The notes below the pieces were generated by a model. That model did not search any database. It was not told the DNA's origin and worked only from the letters and a program-made list of their open reading frames with translations. The position numbers and the translations under genes were made by a program. 64,000 nucleotides of DNA from Chitinophagaceae bacterium. Its GTDB lineage: Bacteria > Bacteroidota > Bacteroidia > Chitinophagales > Chitinophagaceae. This document shows positions 55,450-64,000 of this stretch, one piece after another (positions within the stretch are counted from its first letter, which is position 1; each line of letters begins with the position of its first letter). The stretch covers positions 1,625,127-1,689,126 of the forward strand of contig JBGAFV010000001.1 in assembly GCA_044227095.1 (NCBI GenBank), read 5' to 3'.

Positions 55450-58128
55450 TTATTTTACAGTTCCCACTATCATTGCCGGATCTTGTTTTACTGACTCGCT
55501 TTCAGCTACTTTTTTGTTTCCATACTCGCTAATCAATTCTGCTACCAGCGCTGTCCAACCGGTTTGGTGATTTGCGCCAAGACCCTTGCCGCTGTCTCCA
55601 TGAAAATATTCATAAAACAATACAAGATGTTCATTGCCCGGTTGCTGATAAAACCAATTATATTCACCATATAAGCGACGTTTGCCGTTTGCATCTTTTT
55701 CAAACAAAGAAATAACACGCCTTGTTAGCTCATCTGCCACAGAATCTAAATTCATTTTATTGCCAGAGCCAGTTGGATATTCTACCAGTAAGTTATCGCC
55801 ATAAAACTCACCGTATTTGCGAATAGACTGTATAATTAAAAAATTGATGGGTATCCAAACTGGTCCACGCCAGTTGCTGTTGCCGCCAAACATATCGGAG
55901 GTAGAATCACCCGGGTCGTAATGAATGCTGTACACAATTCCATCAACAGTTACAGAGTAAGGATGTTCTTCGTGGTATTTTGATAAAGCACGTACGCCGC
56001 CTTCAGACAAAAACCCTTTTTCATCCAGTATCCTTACCAGCAATGCTTCCAGCCTGTCTTTTGGTACCAGCGATAGTAATAGTTCTTCGCCATCACCTCT
56101 TTCTTCATTGGGCCAGAACTTTTTATTTTTTTTGCGGTATTGCTCAAACCAGGTAATACGTTTTTTAAAATCCTGTAGTTTATTAAGCGTTTTTTTACTG
56201 ATGGTAGACACTGCATACAATGAGGTAAGTCCTACAATAGATTGTATACGTAATGAAATAGGGTCTGCGCCTGTTATACAAAGTACATCGTAAAAGAATT
56301 TGTCTTCATCGTTCCATAGACCATGTTCGTTTAATGCTTCTGCTACCAGTACAAAGTGTTCAAAAAATTTAGTTGCAGTATCTTCAAAAGCTTCATCGTG
56401 CATAGCAATCTCCAGTGCAATATCCATCATGTCTAACGCATAAGTTCCCATCCAACTGGTACCATCAGCCTGCTCAAGTTGCATCTCACCAGAAAAATGA
56501 AAACTGCGGTTGAACACACCAATATTATCAAGGCCGAGGAAGCCACCTTCAAATATATTGTTGCCGTTTACATCTTTACGGTTTATCCACCATGTAAAAT
56601 TGATAAGCAATTTCTGAAAAACTTTTTTCAGGAATACAATATCACCTACACCACCTTTTTGTTTCTTTTCAATATTATATACCTGCATAGCAGCCCATGC
56701 TTGTACCGGTGGATTTACGTCGCTAAAATTCCATTCGTATGCAGGCAACTGGCCATCAGGCTTCATATACCATTCACGCATTATCAGTAGCAACTGGTGT
56801 TTGGCAAATGTTGGATCTGCTACAGCCATCGATATACATTGAAAAGCAAGATCCCATGCTGCATACCAGGGATATTCCCATTTGTCTGGCATGGAAATAA
56901 TATCCTGGTTTTTCAGGTGTTTCCAATCATTATTGCGGCCGGTTTGTTTGCCCACACTTATTTGCGTTATACCATCATCTGTAGAAAGCCAGCGCTCCAC
57001 ATCAAAATGATAATATTGTTTGCTCCATAGCAAACCGGCCAATGCCTGCCGTTGAATATTGGCCATATCATCGCTCATGCCTTTTGGTAAGATGGCTGCA
57101 TAATAATCGTTGGCTTCTTCTTTTCTTGTAACAAATATTTTTTCAAAACCAGTAACAAAAGCATTGTCTATATCTTTATTGCTGAGGCGGCAATAGATGG
57201 TTTTGGTTTCGCCACCTGCAATTTTCATTTTATATGCAGCGGCAAATTTTGTCCCGGTTTTTTTCTCACGCAAAGCTGCCAGGTTTTTGCCCTGTATAAT
57301 AGCATCGTGAAAAGCATCTTTTACAAAAATGCTCTGGTTGGGCGTATTGGTTATTTTTTCTGTATTGGTTTCATTCTCCGTAAAAAAGCGGTCGCTTGGT
57401 GGCTGAAAATAAAAAAAATAATTTTCAAGTCGTTCGTGTTCTGCCCTTACAGATGTTTTGCCAACAGAAGTAAGAATTGGTTTTTTGTCAACACCACCAT
57501 AATTCCAGCGATTATAAAACCATAGCGTAGGCAGCACCGTTATATCTGCCGCCCTTGTATATCGATTGGTGACGTTTATCCTTATAAATATATCCTGTAC
57601 ACCCTGCTTTGCATAGGTAACATGCACATCAAAATACTGGTTGTTGTCAAACACACCGGTATCCAGCAATTCATATTCAGGATCGTTCTTTCCGCGTTTG
57701 CGATTTTCGTCTTTTAGTTTATCGTATGGAAAAGCCTGCTGGGGATACTTATACAATATTTCCATATAAGAATGCGTGGGAATATTGTCTAAATAATAGT
57801 ACAACTCTTTTACATCCTCACCATGGTTTCCCTGGCTATTGCCCAGGCCAAACAAGCGTTCTTTAAGAATAGGGTCTTTGCCATTCCATAATGCAACGGC
57901 AAAGCAAAGATTTTGAAAAAAGTCTGAAATGCCGGCCAGTCCGTCCTCGCCCCAGCGGTATACGCGGCTATGTGCATGATCAAAAGGGAAATAATGCCAT
58001 GCATCGCCGTTAGAACTGTAGTCTTCACGAACGGTTCCCCATTGGCGTTCACTAAGATAAGGTCCCCATTGTACAAGAGGTATATCACGGGTTGCGTTAA
58101 CCGCAAGTCGCTGATGTTCTGCTGTCAT
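55450..58128 (-). CDS. large cytoplasmic glycoside hydrolase, GH63-like (glucosidase/mannosylglycerate-hydrolase-like) (alpha/alpha)6-barrel protein
   Basis: 892 aa with no signal peptide. Conserved acidic segments (YPWYAAWDLAF, FHGDSGKGLGANHQTGWT) resemble GH63/GH37-type toroid domains. Family assignment is tentative. Confidence 0.5.
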   Translation of the reverse strand: MTAEHQRLAVNATRDIPLVQWGPYLSERQWGTVREDYSSNGDAWHYFPFDHAHSRVYRWGEDGLAGISDFFQNLCFAVALWNGKDPILKERLFGLGNSQGNHGEDVKELYYYLDNIPTHSYMEILYKYPQQAFPYDKLKDENRKRGKNDPEYELLDTGVFDNNQYFDVHVTYAKQGVQDIFIRINVTNRYTRAADITVLPTLWFYNRWNYGGVDKKPILTSVGKTSVRAEHERLENYFFYFQPPSDRFFTENETNTEKITNTPNQSIFVKDAFHDAIIQGKNLAALREKKTGTKFAAAYKMKIAGGETKTIYCRLSNKDIDNAFVTGFEKIFVTRKEEANDYYAAILPKGMSDDMANIQRQALAGLLWSKQYYHFDVERWLSTDDGITQISVGKQTGRNNDWKHLKNQDIISMPDKWEYPWYAAWDLAFQCISMAVADPTFAKHQLLLIMREWYMKPDGQLPAYEWNFSDVNPPVQAWAAMQVYNIEKKQKGGVGDIVFLKKVFQKLLINFTWWINRKDVNGNNIFEGGFLGLDNIGVFNRSFHFSGEMQLEQADGTSWMGTYALDMMDIALEIAMHDEAFEDTATKFFEHFVLVAEALNEHGLWNDEDKFFYDVLCITGADPISLRIQSIVGLTSLYAVSTISKKTLNKLQDFKKRITWFEQYRKKNKKFWPNEERGDGEELLLSLVPKDRLEALLVRILDEKGFLSEGGVRALSKYHEEHPYSVTVDGIVYSIHYDPGDSTSDMFGGNSNWRGPVWIPINFLIIQSIRKYGEFYGDNLLVEYPTGSGNKMNLDSVADELTRRVISLFEKDANGKRRLYGEYNWFYQQPGNEHLVLFYEYFHGDSGKGLGANHQTGWTALVAELISEYGNKKVAESESVKQDPAMIVGTVK

Positions 58129-58361
58129 GCTGTTGATTTAGTACAAACATTGTCGTAAAAAGGCAGGCAATCGTTTCAATCTGCAATATCTTCAATATAG
58201 CATTATTGCGGTAAAGAACCAATAATAAAACTCTGGTCTTTATTATTGTGGGTACAAATTATACATAGCCTGGAACTTTTACGGCATTTGTTTATATAGA
58301 AAATGTAAACCGGTATTAAGCGGAATGCGCAAATTTAATTAATACAGGTCATAGAGATATG

Positions 58362-59189
58362 TTATTGATATTTTTTCATCAGCTCAAATAGTATTTTTTT
58401 ATCTGTGTCTGCAATCATTTTTGATGAGTCTGATTGTACAAAATGTAATTTGAATGAATATACAGCTGAAGCACTGTCCTGTACATTGTATCCAATAATC
58501 CGCAAAGCCTGCATGGCATTAAAGTTGCCGGGCACTTGCGTATAGGTTGTATCGTACCAATAGCCATAACCATTTATTGCCAGTTGCTGCCAGGGAAAAT
58601 TTCTGTTGGGATCTACTTTACGGCCTGGGGCAATATCTGCATGACCAACAAAATTAGCCGCAGGTATATTGTATTCTTTTTTTAATACTGAAAGTAAGTG
58701 GAGCAAACTGTTTATCTGGAGATCTGTAAATGCTTCGTAACCGTTGTTGTCTATTTCTATGCCGATGCTGTTGCTGTTAATATCTGTACTGTTTCCCCAT
58801 TTGCCGGCACCTCCATGCCATGCACGCAGGTAATCGTTAAGCATGTGATGAACAGTACCATCTTTACAAATAACATAATGGGCACTTACCTGTGTTTGAG
58901 GATTGGTAAATGTTTTCAATGTTTGTTCGCAACTATTTTGTGCAGTGTGATGAATGACAACAAAGTTTGGTTTTCTTAAATTAAAATTTGTTGTGCCAAC
59001 TGCATAGGGTGGTGGTTGTACAGAATCTAAACCGGGTAAGGCCCGCAACTGCTTTGTAAGATCTTTTGCCTGTTGTTTGTATAATTTATTGGAGCTTTTA
59101 TATGGATTGCCTGCACAAGACCAAACAAGGCAAATGATTGCAAAGTACAACCCAACTTTGCCCCTAGTTTTGTTTAAAGCCAACCGCAT
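58362..59189 (-). CDS. N-acetylmuramoyl-L-alanine amidase (Amidase_2/PGRP family), secreted
   Basis: VVIHHTAQ...AHYVICKDGTVHHM...WHGG...GIEIDNNG...GHADIAPGRKVDP are zinc-binding His/Cys positions. The signal-peptide start is at MRLALNK. Confidence 0.8.
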   Translation of the reverse strand: MRLALNKTRGKVGLYFAIICLVWSCAGNPYKSSNKLYKQQAKDLTKQLRALPGLDSVQPPPYAVGTTNFNLRKPNFVVIHHTAQNSCEQTLKTFTNPQTQVSAHYVICKDGTVHHMLNDYLRAWHGGAGKWGNSTDINSNSIGIEIDNNGYEAFTDLQINSLLHLLSVLKKEYNIPAANFVGHADIAPGRKVDPNRNFPWQQLAINGYGYWYDTTYTQVPGNFNAMQALRIIGYNVQDSASAVYSFKLHFVQSDSSKMIADTDKKILFELMKKYQ

Positions 59190-59293
59190 GCTAATAATAT
59201 TTTTGTAAATATAATTAAAGCTGTTTGCAAGCAGATTGTTAATTAGTGCGGTCATCAACATACATACTGCTACCTTTGATTAAATTACCTTTT

Positions 59294-59626
59294 ATGAAAA
59301 AGATATTTTTATTGCTTGCGCTGATATGCGTTACGGCAATTGGTTTTTCACAACAATCGCCAACTACAGATACTGCAAAAACCGTAAAGCAAAAACAAAA
59401 TTCTGCAGCATGGGCTTGCCCGGCATGTTTTAAAATAACCAAAGAGGGTGGTAAATGTGCAGATGATAAATCTGAGAAAATACAATTGGGTACATACTAT
59501 TGCCAGCATTGTATGAAAGCAACAGGCGATAAACCCGGCACCTGTTCTATGTGCAAGGGGGCTACTACACAAATGACACGTAAACTTTGTAAAGAACATA
59601 CCAGTAATGTGAAAAAGATAGCATAA
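59294..59626 (+). CDS. secreted cysteine-rich small protein (CxxC x3), hypothetical
   Basis: Signal peptide MKKIFLLLALICVTAIGFSQ. CPAC, CQHC and CSMC pairs. Confidence 0.45.
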   Translation: MKKIFLLLALICVTAIGFSQQSPTTDTAKTVKQKQNSAAWACPACFKITKEGGKCADDKSEKIQLGTYYCQHCMKATGDKPGTCSMCKGATTQMTRKLCKEHTSNVKKIA

Positions 59627-59650
59627 TAAAGTTTTCTTTCAATTTATTTA

Positions 59651-59672
59651 CCCCGCATAGCGGGGTTTTTTA
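59651..59672 (+). terminator. intrinsic terminator
   Basis: CCCCGCatagCGGGG followed by TTTTTTA. Confidence 0.65.
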
Positions 59673-59872
59673 TTGCTGGTGCACATTGTAACCACTGCCG
59701 GTATTGTTTATAAAACCATCGCGTAGCAACACTTATTTTTTCCAAAAAAACATAAAATCTTCCCGATGCGGGAATAATTCCACTGCGCTTCCTCTCTTAA
59801 TTCCCTGCATTTCAACTATCTGCAAATTGGTATTATGATTGAAAAACTATTTCAGATTAGAATAACATACCC

Positions 59873-61402
59873 ATGAAAAAATTTTACTTATTAATAAAAC
59901 AGGTAATTATTATTGAGACAGCAATTTTGCTGAGTTTATCTAATGATGGTAACGCACAATCATGTACACCGCAGGGTAACCAAACAGCCTATGGCACAAG
60001 CAATACATGGATTGGATATGTATACCAGGGTAAAAATTTTGACACCTATAAAGGATATATTAATGAAGGCGGCAGCACGGCAAATTTTGATGAAAGCTTT
60101 ACAGGGGCGCAGGTAAATTTTGCTACCAATGGTTGCCCGGTGTATACAGACAACTTCAGCGTTCGTTTCAAACTTACAAAAACATTTACGGCAGCAAATT
60201 ATACAATAACAGTTGGTGGAGATGATGGTTATCGTTTAAGCCTTGATGGCGGCGCTACATGGGCAATCAATAACTGGAACGATCATTCTTATACTACTTC
60301 TTCTTATACTGCTAATTTAAGTGGCTCTTATAATATGGTGCTTGAGTTTTATGAGAACGGCGGAGATAACAGGGTTTCATTTACTGCAGTTGCCAATTGT
60401 ACAGGAAACGGAGATCCTTCAGCGTATGGTACCAATAATGTATGGATTGGTTATTTATACCAGGGAATGAATTTTGATGCCTACAAAGGATATGTAAACA
60501 AAGGAACTGCCAGCAATTCAAATTTCGATGACAACTTTGGTGGTGGTAGTTCGCCTGTTACAGTAAATACAAGTAACTGTTCTATTCAAACGCAGGCTTT
60601 CAGTGCTCGTTATCGTTTGAAAAAAACACTTGCTGCCGGTAAATATGTAATTACAGTTGGTGGCGATGATGGTTACCGTTTAAGTATTGATGGCGGTGCT
60701 ACATGGGTTATTAACAAATGGGGTGACCAATCTTATAATGCTACCACCATTACACCCACACTCAGCGCTGGCACTTACAATTTTGTACTGGAGTATTACC
60801 AGAATGGCGGTTATTCACGTGTTAGCTTTGATATGAGCGTTACTTCTTTGCTTCCTGTAAAATTAACCAGCTTTACTGCTGCTTTTACTGCGCCTTCAAA
60901 AGCACAGCTTAACTGGACAAGCAGTGAAACAAGCGGGTTTAAAAACTTTACCGTGCAACGCAGTAATGATGGAAACAATTTCAGCAACTTAGAAGTGATA
61001 GCGGCACAAAACAGCAACAGCAGCTTACCACAATCGTATGCTTATACCGATGCGCAGGCTGCAGGTAATGATCTTTATTATCGTTTAGCTATGACCGATA
61101 TAGACGGAACAGTTACATATTCTTCTGTAATCCATTTGCAGAATACGGTTGTTAGCGGAATAAAAATTTATCCAACATTAGTAGAGAGCAACAATGTTTA
61201 TATAGAATCAGGTAAATCAATCAATCATTCAAAAGCCATTGTTTATGACATGAATGGTAAAAAGCTAACCGAAAAATTGCTGGAAAATATTCAGGGCCGC
61301 CAGGCGATTACGCTGAATGGCGTTGTAAAAAGCGGTTCTTATATAGTTAGTGTAACAGATGGCAACAACCTGCTTGCAAAACAAATTATCATCGTAAAAT
61401 AA
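59873..61402 (+). CDS. secreted protein with two tandem PA14-like domains and T9SS C-terminal sorting domain
   Basis: Two ~160-aa internal repeats (AYGTSNTWIGYVYQGKNFDTYKGYINEG / AYGTNNVWIGYLYQGMNFDAYKGYVNKG...VITVGGDDGYRLS). The C-terminus is KIYPTLVESNNVYIE...GSYIVSVTDGNNLLAKQIIIVK. Confidence 0.65.
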   Translation: MKKFYLLIKQVIIIETAILLSLSNDGNAQSCTPQGNQTAYGTSNTWIGYVYQGKNFDTYKGYINEGGSTANFDESFTGAQVNFATNGCPVYTDNFSVRFKLTKTFTAANYTITVGGDDGYRLSLDGGATWAINNWNDHSYTTSSYTANLSGSYNMVLEFYENGGDNRVSFTAVANCTGNGDPSAYGTNNVWIGYLYQGMNFDAYKGYVNKGTASNSNFDDNFGGGSSPVTVNTSNCSIQTQAFSARYRLKKTLAAGKYVITVGGDDGYRLSIDGGATWVINKWGDQSYNATTITPTLSAGTYNFVLEYYQNGGYSRVSFDMSVTSLLPVKLTSFTAAFTAPSKAQLNWTSSETSGFKNFTVQRSNDGNNFSNLEVIAAQNSNSSLPQSYAYTDAQAAGNDLYYRLAMTDIDGTVTYSSVIHLQNTVVSGIKIYPTLVESNNVYIESGKSINHSKAIVYDMNGKKLTEKLLENIQGRQAITLNGVVKSGSYIVSVTDGNNLLAKQIIIVK

Positions 61403-61485
61403 TAAACTTTTTTTCGTACAGTTTGAGAACCTCTAATCCCGGGGCCACGCTATTAAAAGAATAGCTGGCCCTTTTTGTAAGGAGA

Positions 61486-61900
61486 TAGCCGCAGATTTGC
61501 AGATTAATATTGAACGCAGATTTTTATGATGGAGCAGATAGCTATGATTTTTTAGGTGCTTTTAGCTGCAGATGCGCAAATTATTCTTTTACCATATAGA
61601 ACATAGTTTCACATAGGCTTAAACTATTGTGTTTCTATCTTTCCTATTGTTTCTATGTGGTGAAAAAATAGATTTAAATTGAACGCAGATTTTTTATGAT
61701 GGAGCAGAGAGCTATGATTTTTTAGGTACTTTTTAGCTGCAGATGCGCAAATTATTCTTTTACCATATGGAAATATAGTTTCACATAGGCTTCAGCTATT
61801 GTGTTTCTATCTTTCCTATTGTTTCTATGTGGTGAAAAAATAGATTTACATTGAACGCAGATTTTTATGAGTAAGTAGATAGTTATCAGCCGCAAATTAA
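61486..61900. repeat. tandem array (2 x ~185 bp + partial third) of the modular repeat family
   Basis: Unit TTGAACGCAGATTTTTATGATGGAGCAGATAGCTATGATTTTTTAGGTGCTTTTAGCTGCAGATGCGCAAATTATTC...TTTCACATAGGCTT...GTGGTGAAAAAATAGATTTA at 61500 and 61683. Flanked by TAGCCGCAGATTTGCAGATT-type modules. Confidence 0.7.
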
Positions 61901-62019
61901 TATATCAGTAAGGAAATATTTGCGTCGAAATCTTAAAACAATACCGTACGTCACGTTCTTTATACATTTCTTCAAATCTTCAACATTTATTCAGAATTCT
62001 GTCCCATTTTTGCAGCCTC

Positions 62020-64000
62020 ATGCGAAAACAACCAACTGCCGGATTTATTGCAATATTCAGTATAGCATTGCTAACTATTTTTTCTGTTTCGGCACAAACA
62101 AAAACGCCATCAGGCAGAACAGGAAGTATTTCCGGCAAAGTTGCAGACCTGGCTTCCAAATCTGCTGTAGAGTATGCCAGCATTGCGGTATTTGTATATG
62201 GCAATAAGAAACCTGTACATGGAACTACCACAGATGCAAAAGGCAATTTTTTAATTGATGGTCTCGATACAGGCAGTTATCGTATTGTAATAGATTTTAT
62301 TGGCTACCAACCAGATACTGTTATTGCCCGCCTTAGCACTAAACAATTACAATTAAAGCTTGACGAGATATTGCTCACAAAAAAATCGCAGACACTCCAG
62401 GGCGTAGTAGTGGTAGCACAAAAACCACTTATAGAAAACAAGATTGATAAAATGGTATACAATGCAGAGAAAGATGTAACTGCGCAGGGCGGCGTAGCTA
62501 CAGATTTGCTAAAGAAAATACCACAGGTATCTGTAGACGCAGATGGAAACGTAGAACTGCAGGGTAATGCCAACATCCGCTTTCTTATTAATGGAAAGCC
62601 CAGCAGCATATTCGGTAATTCGCTTGCAGAAGCACTGCAATCTATACCCGCCAGCCAGATAAAAACCATTGAAGTAATTACCAGCCCCGGTGCCAAATAT
62701 GATGCAGAAGGAACCGGTGGCATAATTAATATTATTTTAAAAGACAGCAGGGTGCGTGGCATTAATGGCAATGTAAATTTATCTGTTGGCAGCCGTCTTG
62801 AAAACGGATCGCTTAACCTGCATGCCCGCAAAGGAAAATTTGGATTGAATGGATACTTCAGCGCAAATGGGCAGCTTACTTCTACTACACTAAAAACCCT
62901 CAACCGCGATGCTATTGATACTGCACAGAAAATGCACAGCAAATTATTGCAGGATGGCTATAGCAAATTTCACCGCAGTGGTATGGATGCAGGTCTTGGT
63001 TTTGAATGGGAGATCAACAAAAAAAATAATCTTTCTGCCAGTTTTGGGTATGATAATTTCGGCAACCAGGGTACAGGCATAAACCAGCAGCAACAACTTA
63101 CAGAAAGTTTGCCGCTTCCTGGTTCGTTATTAAGTGACGTACAAAACAGGTTTGTTCCCAATAACCGTTTTAGAATAAGTTCTTACGATTATAGCCTTGC
63201 CTATAAAAAGACTTTTGTTAAAGAAGGGCAGGAGTTCTCTGCGCAGTACAATACCAGCTATGCAATTTCTAATCAGAACTATACACAGGATCAATATAAC
63301 GCTGCCGGCGATACGCTTTTCAGTTCATTAAAAACCGGAAACCCTGGCAGGGAACATACAGGAGAAATTCTTTTGGATTATGTGCAGCCACTTGCCAGTA
63401 ATGTAAAACTGGAAACTGGTGCAAAATGGGGCTTCCGCGATATCAGGAGCACTTCCGATGTGTATTGGCAAAGGCCGCCGGCTACGGATTATACATTCGA
63501 TAGTTTGCAATCGAGCTCATTGCACTACAAACGCCAGGTGTATGCAGCATACGCATCTGTAACATTTCCCATAGGCAAATGGCTGGAAGTAAAAACAGGA
63601 TTGCGTTATGAAAGAACAGCAACCCAGCCCGATTTTTCTAAAACAGGCCCAACACATGTTCCCGGCTACGGTACATTTGCGCCTTCATTATTACTCGCCC
63701 ATCATTTTGATGAGAGGCAAACTATAAAACTGAGTTATACACGCCGTATTCAAAGACCAGGTTACCAGTTTTTAAATCCATTCATAAATGCGCTAGATCC
63801 AAAAAATATTACACAAGGTAATCCTGCACTGCAACCCGAACTGGGCGATAATGCTGAACTTGGTTACAGCCGCAATTTTGAGAAAGGCGGATCGCTGAAC
63901 GTGAATTTATTTTATCGTGGCAGTCACGGTGATATACAACCGTATATTATTTATTATCCGTCCTTTAAAATTGGCGATTCTGTTTACACTAATGTTTCTG
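62020..64000 (+). CDS. TonB-dependent outer-membrane receptor (CarboxypepD_reg-like N-terminus), 3' partial at window edge
   Basis: ATG at 62020 and the frame is open to 64000. It was not in the ORF track because no stop lies in the window. Signal peptide FIAIFSIALLTIFSVSAQ, CarboxypepD_reg SISGKVADLASKSAVEYASIAVFV, and plug region DGNVELQGNANIRFLINGKPS...GTGGIINIILK. Confidence 0.8.
   Translation, partial: MRKQPTAGFIAIFSIALLTIFSVSAQTKTPSGRTGSISGKVADLASKSAVEYASIAVFVYGNKKPVHGTTTDAKGNFLIDGLDTGSYRIVIDFIGYQPDTVIARLSTKQLQLKLDEILLTKKSQTLQGVVVVAQKPLIENKIDKMVYNAEKDVTAQGGVATDLLKKIPQVSVDADGNVELQGNANIRFLINGKPSSIFGNSLAEALQSIPASQIKTIEVITSPGAKYDAEGTGGIINIILKDSRVRGINGNVNLSVGSRLENGSLNLHARKGKFGLNGYFSANGQLTSTTLKTLNRDAIDTAQKMHSKLLQDGYSKFHRSGMDAGLGFEWEINKKNNLSASFGYDNFGNQGTGINQQQQLTESLPLPGSLLSDVQNRFVPNNRFRISSYDYSLAYKKTFVKEGQEFSAQYNTSYAISNQNYTQDQYNAAGDTLFSSLKTGNPGREHTGEILLDYVQPLASNVKLETGAKWGFRDIRSTSDVYWQRPPATDYTFDSLQSSSLHYKRQVYAAYASVTFPIGKWLEVKTGLRYERTATQPDFSKTGPTHVPGYGTFAPSLLLAHHFDERQTIKLSYTRRIQRPGYQFLNPFINALDPKNITQGNPALQPELGDNAELGYSRNFEKGGSLNVNLFYRGSHGDIQPYIIYYPSFKIGDSVYTNVS

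Noticed and set aside
62304-63161. Minus-strand ORFs 62304..62942 and 62970..63161
   Set aside because: They are antisense to the partial TonB-dependent receptor CDS (62020-64000), whose translation shows clear plug/barrel motifs. The antisense products are Cys/Ser/Phe-rich nonsense.

Overview
This 64 kb window looks like a Bacteroidota chromosome segment, probably Chitinophagia-like. That inference rests on T9SS C-terminal sorting domains, CarboxypepD_reg-type TonB-dependent receptors, AT-rich promoters without Shine-Dalgarno sequences, and AraC/ECF regulators. Coding density is about 80%, and most genes are ordinary housekeeping or accessory functions. Recognisable housekeeping genes include the oxidative pentose-phosphate operon gnd-zwf-pgl, trmB, tsaC, korB, an acyl-CoA dehydrogenase, two peptidoglycan amidases, an S9 peptidase, a MurU/AmgK-like pair, umuDC, an ECF sigma factor and a two-component pair.

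The most interesting part is an RNA-centred block on the minus strand at 29.8-35.6 kb. It holds an array of seven tRNA or tRNA-like genes (Gln, His-like, a 95-nt tRNA-like element with no anticodon arm, Lys, Cys, Asn, Phe), each transcription unit preceded by a ~95-bp palindromic repeat. Downstream of the array sit a YkuK/DUF458 RNase-H-like gene, a basic hypothetical protein, a ~115-nt candidate tRNA-mimic ncRNA whose acceptor-like stem is closed by a loop (like the YrlA/Y-RNA tRNA-like module), an SPFH protein and RtcB RNA ligase. No Rsr, RtcA or RtcR is visible.

A second cluster at 45.3-51.6 kb combines a Gp37/Gp68 (three-Cys) protein, a putative TcmP-like partner, an SplB-like radical-SAM protein, an inverted-repeat-flanked GxxExxY cassette, a 2H phosphoesterase and umuDC. 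A palindromic candidate operator lies in the divergent LigT/umuD promoter.

The window is also unusually rich in at least three dispersed intergenic repeat families, including a modular MITE-like family with tandem arrays, plus one unassigned structured ncRNA followed by an intrinsic terminator. All calls come from reading the sequence and ORF translations by eye. No database search or structure prediction was run.
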